Below are positions 9,174 through 16,111 of a stretch of 64,000 bases of DNA, in pieces. This DNA comes from Pelagibacterales bacterium SAG-MED22 (GTDB lineage: Bacteria > Pseudomonadota > Alphaproteobacteria > Pelagibacterales > Pelagibacteraceae). The stretch's first letter is position 1. Each line of letters opens with the position of its first letter. The stretch covers positions 698-64,697 of the forward strand of contig JACWDT010000006.1 in the NCBI GenBank assembly GCA_014653985.1, given 5' to 3'. Made by a program: the position numbers and the translations under genes. The notes beneath the pieces were generated by a model. It was not told where the DNA came from. It searched no databases and saw only the letters and a program-made list of their open reading frames with translations.

Positions 9174-10070
9174 TTAAGATTTTTTATTGATATATGGTAT
9201 TATTGTACCAATTAAAATTATTATAAGAGATAAAAATATTTTAAAATTAATTTCAGCATCAACTACTATCCATGCTGAAGTTGCCCCGATTGGACCTGTT
9301 AGGGGATACATTAAACTAATCCGACCTAAAGGAAGCCTTCTTAGAGCGTAGTTGTAAAATAAATATGAGGCAAAAGTAATAAAAGATAAAGTTAAAGCAG
9401 CCATTACTGAAGGTGTAAAGTCTAGATGAAAAGTGTATTGAAAGCTTGAATTTGGCCAAATAATAAAAAGAATTAAAAAAGAAAGCACAAATCCTGTAAA
9501 ATATTGAAAAGTATTTACAGATAGCTGATTAACTTTTGTTTGCATGTACTTTCTTCCAATAACTTCATTTATTGAAGCGCAAAGCATTCCTAAAAAAATA
9601 ATTAAGTCACCAAGATAATTACCTGCACCTGAATTGAATTGATTTGTAAGTAATAAATAAGTTCCCGCAAGAGTTATCAATACTCCTATAATTACTTTAA
9701 GCTCAATTTTTTCATTTAAAAAAATTTTTGCTACAAATGGCTGTATAAGCGGAAGTGTACTTATTATAGCCACTCCATTAATTGGACTAGTCAATAACAA
9801 CCCTACGTGAAAAGACAATGTTACAAGAAATGGATTAAGTAATCCCATTAAAAAGGGTTTTAGACCTACTTGCTTTACAGAAATATCAACCCTCATCAAA
9901 ATACAAAATAAAAGCATAAGTACAAATGCGATTAAAAATCTTACAGCTAATAGATCTATTATAAAAAATTCTTTTAAAGCTAAAGTTACAAATGGTGGAC
10001 CAGACCCAAAACCAATTACTGCCATTAACATTGCAAAATAACCTAAGTTATTTTTAATTAAATTTTTCAT
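9174..10070 (-). CDS. DMT/EamA-family transporter
   Basis: 298 aa, about 10 TM in two repeats. Motifs AVRFLIA, GDLIIFLG and YALRRLPLGRISL. Confidence 0.85.
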   Translation of the reverse strand: MKNLIKNNLGYFAMLMAVIGFGSGPPFVTLALKEFFIIDLLAVRFLIAFVLMLLFCILMRVDISVKQVGLKPFLMGLLNPFLVTLSFHVGLLLTSPINGVAIISTLPLIQPFVAKIFLNEKIELKVIIGVLITLAGTYLLLTNQFNSGAGNYLGDLIIFLGMLCASINEVIGRKYMQTKVNQLSVNTFQYFTGFVLSFLILFIIWPNSSFQYTFHLDFTPSVMAALTLSFITFASYLFYNYALRRLPLGRISLMYPLTGPIGATSAWIVVDAEINFKIFLSLIIILIGTIIPYINKKS

Positions 10071-10135
10071 ATGTAAAAAGTTTAAATATCTAAAAAAAGA
10101 TATTGTATCACACTTAATTAGTTTATTATTTAAAT

Positions 10136-11593
10136 ATGAGTCGTAAAAAAGTTAAATACTCACTATCTAATTGGGATCTTGTTAGTGTAAATCCTAATTA
10201 CAAAGTTTGGAATTGGAAAGATTTATTTTGTTATTGGGCAGTAAACATTCAAAGTGTAATAGCATTTTCGTTAATAGCTTCTTTATACATTATTTATGAT
10301 TTAAATACTTTTGTTGTTTTTTTTGGCACTCTTATAGGATCTTTATTGGTATATTTTTTATCAAATTTAATTGGAAAACCTTCTCAAAAGTATGGTTTGC
10401 CATTTGCTGTTTTTCTTAGATCATCATTAGGTTTTAGAGGAGCGAAGTATTTTGGTTTTTTAAGATGTTTAGTTGGTATCTTTATGTTTGGAGTTCAAAC
10501 ATATTTTTTATCGAAAGCTTTTACCTATTTAATTAGAATTTTTTTATTTAGCATAGACAGTTCAATACTTGAGAATGATATATTTTTAACTTTTATATTA
10601 GGTTTAAATATAATTGACTGGACATCAATAATTATTGCTGTTTCGTTTCAAAGTTTCTTATTTAGTGTAGGAATAAACTTTAATAAAAAAATTATTAATT
10701 ATTCAGCAATAATAGTTTATTCTGGTATATTATTATTTTTTTTCATTATACTACTCAATGATGTAAAAACTACATCCCAAGCATTTTTTGAAGTTTTTAG
10801 TTATAATAATTTAATTGATAAAAATAATATTTGGCCTCTGATTTCAATTGCTGGAACTATGTTTGCTTATTTCTCAATTCTATTAGTAAACTTTGGGGAT
10901 TTTTCAAGATACGTCAAGACCGAAAAAGAACTAAAAAAAGGAAATTTAAGTTTAATATTTAATTTAATTATTTTTTCTTTTTTTTCGGTTTTTATAGTAA
11001 TTGGATCTGATGTTTTCCTTAATTTAAAATTCTTAGATTTAAATTCAATTTTAACCAGTCCAAATGATATAATAGGTAAGTTTGATAATTTGGCTATTAC
11101 AATAACAGCTTTAATTTTTATAATCGTAGCTTCTATTTCTACTAATTTAGTTTCGAATTTTATTCCATCACAATATTCTCTAATCAACTTTGTTCCTAGT
11201 AAATTAAATTTAAAATTATCTAGTTTAATTATTGGGCTTTTAGGATTTATTGTATCAATATTTTGGTTTTCAGTGCTAAGCCAGATTGGTATTTTAGCAT
11301 TTGTTGACACCTTCGCTTCTTTTTTTGGTCCTTTGTTTGGTGTTATGATTGCAGATTATTATTTAATTAAAAATAAAGAATTGAGTAATAAAGATATATA
11401 TTCTTTAGATGGTGAGGGGATGTATTTTTATTCAGGAGGATGGCATTTAAAAGGAATTTATTCTTTATTTTTGGGTTTTATTTTTTCATCATCAACTATT
11501 TGGAATGTAAATTTAATGTTTTTACACTCATATGGTTGGATAATTGGTGCAATTTTTTCATCTATAATTTATTATTTGCTAGCAAAAAAATAA
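10136..11593 (+). CDS. NCS1-family nucleobase:cation symporter-like permease
   Basis: KYGLPFAVFLRSSLG, GDFSRY, STNLVSN, GVMIADYYLIK motifs. About 12 TM. Confidence 0.88.
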   Translation: MSRKKVKYSLSNWDLVSVNPNYKVWNWKDLFCYWAVNIQSVIAFSLIASLYIIYDLNTFVVFFGTLIGSLLVYFLSNLIGKPSQKYGLPFAVFLRSSLGFRGAKYFGFLRCLVGIFMFGVQTYFLSKAFTYLIRIFLFSIDSSILENDIFLTFILGLNIIDWTSIIIAVSFQSFLFSVGINFNKKIINYSAIIVYSGILLFFFIILLNDVKTTSQAFFEVFSYNNLIDKNNIWPLISIAGTMFAYFSILLVNFGDFSRYVKTEKELKKGNLSLIFNLIIFSFFSVFIVIGSDVFLNLKFLDLNSILTSPNDIIGKFDNLAITITALIFIIVASISTNLVSNFIPSQYSLINFVPSKLNLKLSSLIIGLLGFIVSIFWFSVLSQIGILAFVDTFASFFGPLFGVMIADYYLIKNKELSNKDIYSLDGEGMYFYSGGWHLKGIYSLFLGFIFSSSTIWNVNLMFLHSYGWIIGAIFSSIIYYLLAKK

Positions 11594-11594
11594 T

Positions 11595-12599
11595 ATGAAG
11601 GCTTTAGTTTATACCGGTACTCAGGAAATGGTTTATAGAGATGAACCAAACCCAATAGAAAAAACAGGTGAAAGCATTCTTAAAATTCACGCATCAGGTA
11701 TCTGTGGTTCAGATATGCATGCTTATCACGGTCATGATGAAAGAAGGATACCACCTTTAATTTTGGGTCACGAGGTAAGTGGTGAAGTTCAAAATGGAAA
11801 ATTTAGAGGTAAAAATGTAGTCCTTAATCCATTAATTACATGCGGTGAGTGTGAATATTGCTCTAATGGAAGCGAGCATTTGTGTCCAACCAGAGCAATT
11901 TTAGGAATGAACAGGCCAATTGAAAGACAAGGTGTTTTTGCAGAATTTGTGTCCACTCCAGATCAAAATATTTACGAAATTCCAGATGGTCTAGATAAAA
12001 AAGAGGCTCCAGTCGCAGAACCTACTGCAGTTTCTCTTCATGCAGTATTAATTGGTGAACAATCAATAAAAAAGCCTTTATCTGAATGTAGAATTTTAAT
12101 TCAAGGCGGAGGTGCTATAGGTTTGTTATGTGGTCTGATTTTATCTAAAATTAAAAATAATAAGACTATCACTCTCTCAGATCCCAACAAATTAAGATTA
12201 AATGAGTGTTCAAAGTATCTAGATGCACAATATGTTGAACCAAATCACAAAGATATCGAGAGTAACAAATTTGACATTGTTTTTGATACTGTAGGTCTAG
12301 AAATATCAAGACAACAAGCAATTGAAGTTGTGAAACCAGGAGGGTCAATTATTCATATTGGACTCACTCAACCATCTGGAACCTTCAATTTTAGAAAAAT
12401 GACACTGCAAGAAGTTACCGTAATAGGCACATATTGTTATACTAATAAAGATTTTGAGCAAACTTTAGGAATTTTAGCTAATAAAGAGATTGGTTCTCTT
12501 GATTGGATTGAATTTAGAGAATTAAAAACTGGAGGAGAAGCTTTTAGACAAATCCATGATGGTACCTGTGTAGCTCCAAAAATTATATTGATACCTTAG
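11595..12599 (+). CDS. Zn-dependent medium-chain alcohol/polyol dehydrogenase
   Basis: GICGSD and GHE catalytic Zn ligands, CGECEYC..C structural Zn, GGGAIG plus Asp for NAD. Confidence 0.9.
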   Translation: MKALVYTGTQEMVYRDEPNPIEKTGESILKIHASGICGSDMHAYHGHDERRIPPLILGHEVSGEVQNGKFRGKNVVLNPLITCGECEYCSNGSEHLCPTRAILGMNRPIERQGVFAEFVSTPDQNIYEIPDGLDKKEAPVAEPTAVSLHAVLIGEQSIKKPLSECRILIQGGGAIGLLCGLILSKIKNNKTITLSDPNKLRLNECSKYLDAQYVEPNHKDIESNKFDIVFDTVGLEISRQQAIEVVKPGGSIIHIGLTQPSGTFNFRKMTLQEVTVIGTYCYTNKDFEQTLGILANKEIGSLDWIEFRELKTGGEAFRQIHDGTCVAPKIILIP

Positions 12600-12723
12600 A
12601 ACTATAATTTAATTGTAAATTCATACTTCTTGAACTTCCAAATTTGAAATCATTAGAAATTTTAGGTGCAGAAATTATTATTGACCAATATATTAAAAGT
12701 AAAAAGATTGAAACTGTCTTCAC
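12583..12723 (-). CDS. Possible small hypothetical protein (46 aa, hydrophobic N-terminus)
   Basis: Manual translation from GTG: MKTVSIFLLLIYWSIIISAPKISNDFKFGSSRSMNLQLNYSSKVSI. Fills an otherwise large 200-bp gap, but overlaps the ADH 3' end by 17 nt. Confidence 0.35.
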   Translation of the reverse strand: MKTVSIFLLLIYWSIIISAPKISNDFKFGSSRSMNLQLNYSSKVSI

Positions 12724-12798
12724 AATAATTATATATAATCTAATAGTGATATTTGCTTGTTTAAATCTTGTCTAAATCATGTATTAAAGTAGAAATTT

Positions 12799-13449
12799 AT
12801 GAAACTTTTTCTAAGATATTTTATTGTTTTAATAATATTTTCAAGTTCATCAATTGCAAATGAAGTAAAAGTTTTTGAATTTACTGATAAAGAACTTTCA
12901 GAATTAAGTGTCAGAAAAGTTAGAGGAGCAGATAATAAGACAATTTATTCGGTTGGATCCAATAATAATGGCAACTATTTAAAAGCGGTTGCAGATAATG
13001 CTGGATCTGGTTTAGGAAAAGAAATTAAAATTGATTTAAACAAAACCCCATTTATTAATATTACTTGGAAAATTGAGCAAGATTTATCAGGTATTAACGA
13101 AAAAACTAAAAAAGGTCACGATTTTGCTGCTAGAGTTTTTGCGGTTAAAAAAACAGGTGCAACACCATTGTCAAACCGAGCAATTAATTATGTTTTTTCT
13201 AGTAATGTTAAGGTTGGTGAAAATTGGCCAAGTCCCTACACTAAAAAATCTATAGATAATGTCTTATCTACAACAAAAGAAAATTTAAATAAATGGGTTA
13301 CTGTTAAGGCAAATGTAAAAGAAGATTTTAAAAAATTTCATGATTTAAACGTTGATGAGCTTGATGGTCTGGCAATAATGTCTGATACAGATAATTCAAA
13401 ATTAAAATCAGTTGCGTATTATCAAAACATTTTTTTTTCAGAAAATTAA
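12799..13449 (+). CDS. DUF3047-domain exported protein
   Basis: Signal peptide. W.WKIE..L, KKGHDFAARVF, INYVFSS...GENWPSPYT, GLAIMSDTDNS match my recollection of DUF3047. Confidence 0.7.
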   Translation: MKLFLRYFIVLIIFSSSSIANEVKVFEFTDKELSELSVRKVRGADNKTIYSVGSNNNGNYLKAVADNAGSGLGKEIKIDLNKTPFINITWKIEQDLSGINEKTKKGHDFAARVFAVKKTGATPLSNRAINYVFSSNVKVGENWPSPYTKKSIDNVLSTTKENLNKWVTVKANVKEDFKKFHDLNVDELDGLAIMSDTDNSKLKSVAYYQNIFFSEN

Positions 13450-13586
13450 AATTTTAAGTATTTATTTAAACCCATACTAAGAAAAGATAATAAGATAGCT
13501 GCTATTACATCTTCTATTGGAAGAGCACTTGGGAAACCAAAATTCCAAACAACAACCCCAATTAACCAGATTACGTATATTTTCAT
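13446..13586 (-). CDS. Small membrane protein (46 aa, 2 TM), unannotated
   Basis: Manual translation MKIYVIWLIGVVVWNFGFPSALPIEDVIAAILLSFLSMGLNKYLKF. ATG start, stop overlaps the DUF3047 stop (TTAA), higher GC than flanking spacers. Confidence 0.7.
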   Translation of the reverse strand: MKIYVIWLIGVVVWNFGFPSALPIEDVIAAILLSFLSMGLNKYLKF

Positions 13587-13644
13587 TGCTACATTTATAT
13601 CTTAGTTTGTATTTAATTTTAAATTTTTTTGATAATATTTCTTA

Positions 13645-14058
13645 ATGACAAAAACTTTTAATCATAACACTAAAGTGTATTATGAAGATACTGATGCAGG
13701 AGGCATTGTATATTATGCAAACTATTTGAAATATCTTGAAAGAGCCAGAACAGAAGCTCTGGTAAAAATAGGTTTAAGCAATCGAAAAATTAAAGACTAC
13801 TTCGGGGTACTCATTATTGTTAAATCATGTAATGTAGATTTTAAAAAATCAGCATATTTAGAAGATATATTAAATATTAAATCACATATAACTTCTATTA
13901 CAAAAACTTCTTTTATAATGAAACAATTAATTATTAAGAATAAGATTATAATAGTTGAGGCAAAGATACATTTGGTTTTCGTAAATGATAAAGTAAAACC
14001 TGTAAAAATTCCCCAATTAATAATTGATAAATTTGTACCATTTATCTCTAAAAATTAA
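13645..14058 (+). CDS. ybgC: YbgC/FadM-family acyl-CoA thioesterase
   Basis: VYYEDTDAGGIVYYANYLKYLERARTE hot-dog thioesterase motif. Confidence 0.88.
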   Translation: MTKTFNHNTKVYYEDTDAGGIVYYANYLKYLERARTEALVKIGLSNRKIKDYFGVLIIVKSCNVDFKKSAYLEDILNIKSHITSITKTSFIMKQLIIKNKIIIVEAKIHLVFVNDKVKPVKIPQLIIDKFVPFISKN

Positions 14059-14735
14059 ATAGATGCACTTTTTTTTGCTTTTTTAAATAATTCTATCATC
14101 ATTTTTTCTGAAATTAACTTAGTATTTACATTCCTTGGACTAGGGTGGTAGCAGGAAATTAATTTAATATCATTTGGCATAAAATAAATTTTACCATGAA
14201 TAAATTTTAGTCTTTCAGAAAAATTATAATTTTTTTGATAAAATTTTATACAATTATCAAAAGCAACTTTACCGAGTGTTACTATTGTTTTTAAACTTTT
14301 GAGATTTGATACTTCTGAATTAAAATATCTTGAACAATTATTTAATTCTTCTGCAGTTGGTTTATCACCTGGTGGCACACATTTAAGAATATTAGTAATG
14401 TACGTTGATTTTAATTTTAAACCATCTTTTAAATTTACTGAATATGGATGATTTGAAATTTTTGCTTTATGCAAACAAGTAAATAAAAAATCACTAGATT
14501 TATCACCTGTAAATGCTCTACCAGTTCTTGTTCCTCCATGAGCTGCTGGAGCCAATCCTAAAATCAAAAGTTTAGCATTTACATCCCCAAATCCTGTTAC
14601 AGGCTTTCCCCAATAGTTTTCATTTATATTTTGTTTTCTTTTTTCTATAGAAATTTTTTTGATAAAATCAGTTAATCTCTTACATTTTTTGCAATTTATA
14701 ATTGTCTTATTAAGTTTTTTAAATTTAATATTCAT
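14055..14735 (-). CDS. Uracil-DNA glycosylase, family 5 (UdgB-like, Fe-S)
   Basis: N-terminal CKKC, GLAPAAHGGTRTGRAFTGDKS, KCVPP, HPSPRN. Confidence 0.9.
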   Translation of the reverse strand: MNIKFKKLNKTIINCKKCKRLTDFIKKISIEKRKQNINENYWGKPVTGFGDVNAKLLILGLAPAAHGGTRTGRAFTGDKSSDFLFTCLHKAKISNHPYSVNLKDGLKLKSTYITNILKCVPPGDKPTAEELNNCSRYFNSEVSNLKSLKTIVTLGKVAFDNCIKFYQKNYNFSERLKFIHGKIYFMPNDIKLISCYHPSPRNVNTKLISEKMMIELFKKAKKSASI

Positions 14736-14737
14736 TA

Positions 14738-15295
14738 ATGAAATTTTTAAAAATTATTTTAATATTATTTATATCTTTAACCTCGTCTGTTAAAGCAGAT
14801 TCAAAAAAAAATATAATTGAAAACTTAAAAGCTGGAGGGAAGTTAATATTTATAAGGCATGCTTATGCACCTGGAGGGGGAGACCCTGAAAATTTTAATA
14901 TTTATGACTGCTCAACTCAAAGAAATTTAAGTGAAAGTGGAAGAATTCAGTCTAAAAAAATTGGTAATTTTTTTAAAGAAAATAAGATTAAAATAAAAAA
15001 TGTGTATTCTAGTGAATGGTGCAGATGTAAAGAAACAGCTTTTTTAGCATTTAAAAGTTTCAAAACAAAAAGTTTTTTAAACTCTTTTTTTAGTTCCAAA
15101 TTTGCACATAAAAAAAAAAGTCAAATAAAAGATTTTCAAAAATTTTTAAACAATTGGGATAAAAAAAATAATTTAGTTTTTATAACACACTATGTTGTAA
15201 TTTCTGAAATCTTAGATTATCCACCTTCATCAGGAGAAATAGTAGTTTCTGACAAAAATCTAAAAATAATTGATACTTTACAGATTAAGTATTAA
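14738..15295 (+). CDS. Exported histidine phosphatase (phosphoglycerate-mutase superfamily)
   Basis: Signal peptide. RHA catalytic motif, QRNLSESG, SSEWCRCKETA, second His in ITHYVVI. Confidence 0.85.
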   Translation: MKFLKIILILFISLTSSVKADSKKNIIENLKAGGKLIFIRHAYAPGGGDPENFNIYDCSTQRNLSESGRIQSKKIGNFFKENKIKIKNVYSSEWCRCKETAFLAFKSFKTKSFLNSFFSSKFAHKKKSQIKDFQKFLNNWDKKNNLVFITHYVVISEILDYPPSSGEIVVSDKNLKIIDTLQIKY

Positions 15296-15304
15296 ATTAG
15301 GATT

Positions 15305-15442
15305 ATGTCCTCCAAAAAAGCAATGCGACAAGCACAAAAACAAGCATTTGCTAAACACAGATCTAACATAACTAACAGTAGATTTAACTCAAGGAAAAAA
15401 AATTTAATTGATAAAAAAATTAAAAATAAATCAAAAGGTTAA
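15305..15442 (+). CDS. Small, very basic hypothetical protein (45 aa), unannotated
   Basis: Manual translation MSSKKAMRQAQKQAFAKHRSNITNSRFNSRKKNLIDKKIKNKSKG. 15 K/R versus 1 acidic residue. Starts 9 nt after the upstream stop. Confidence 0.55.
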   Translation: MSSKKAMRQAQKQAFAKHRSNITNSRFNSRKKNLIDKKIKNKSKG

Positions 15443-15482
15443 CTTTGTTGATAAAATAGAAATCATTAATGGTATCTTTTAG

Positions 15483-15656
15483 TTATTTTTTCTCATTTTT
15501 ATCAGCAAAAAATAATGCGATTAAAAATATGATTGTCCATATAAAAACACCAATAGTTTTAATGAATGATGTCTCTGCAGCCCATACCTCAAAAAAAAGA
15601 GCACCAATAATTATTCCTATAGCATAAATAATACTAATTAATTTTACTTTACTCAT
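15483..15656 (-). CDS. Small membrane protein (57 aa, 2 TM), unannotated
   Basis: Manual translation MSKVKLISIIYAIGIIIGALFFEVWAAETSFIKTIGVFIWTIIFLIALFFADKNEKK. Starts 8 nt after the DUF1289 gene stop on the same strand. Confidence 0.7.
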   Translation of the reverse strand: MSKVKLISIIYAIGIIIGALFFEVWAAETSFIKTIGVFIWTIIFLIALFFADKNEKK

Positions 15657-15664
15657 CTAGATCT

Positions 15665-15916
15665 TTATTCTTTAATTTGATTTTTTTTAAATAAAGACAT
15701 TCCATTATTTATCTTGTATTCATAAGACTCATTGAAGCTTTCAAGTTGCCAGCCGGTCAATCTTTTCTTTATGGACTCTAGATTATTTTTTTTCCAATCA
15801 TCAGATGTATCCTCTTTCTTCCATACTTGTTTTTCTTCATTGCTTCTTCCACAACCATAACAATACCCTGTTGAAGGATCAGTTTTACAAATACTTATAC
15901 ATGGAGAAACAATCAT
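15665..15916 (-). CDS. DUF1289-family Cys-rich small protein
   Basis: SPCISICKTDPSTGYCYGCGRS..E...W motif. Confidence 0.8.
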   Translation of the reverse strand: MIVSPCISICKTDPSTGYCYGCGRSNEEKQVWKKEDTSDDWKKNNLESIKKRLTGWQLESFNESYEYKINNGMSLFKKNQIKE

Positions 15917-15974
15917 TTTATTTAGTTTATATAAAATTAATTAGATAAATAGATAATTTTTTATTATTTGTCAT

Positions 15975-16002
15975 TGGACAAATAGTTTCAATAATATATA
16001 AA
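15975..16002 (+). promoter_or_regulatory. Candidate sigma70 promoter for tRNA-Leu/tig
   Basis: TGGACA(15975-80)-N16-TATAAA(15997-16002). Confidence 0.45.
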
Positions 16003-16016
16003 ACTTCGTAATTTGT

Positions 16017-16101
16017 GGGGCGATGGCGGAATTGGTAGACGCGTTGGTCTTAGGAACCAATATTTTCGGATGTGAAGGTTCGAGTCCTTTTCGCCCTACC
16101 A
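16017..16101 (+). tRNA. tRNA-Leu(TAG)
   Basis: Acceptor stem GGGGCGA/TCGCCCT, anticodon arm TTGGT-CTTAGGA-ACCAA, long variable arm, GGTTCGAGTCC T-loop, encoded CCA. Confidence 0.97.
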
Positions 16102-16111
16102 TTAAATTATT

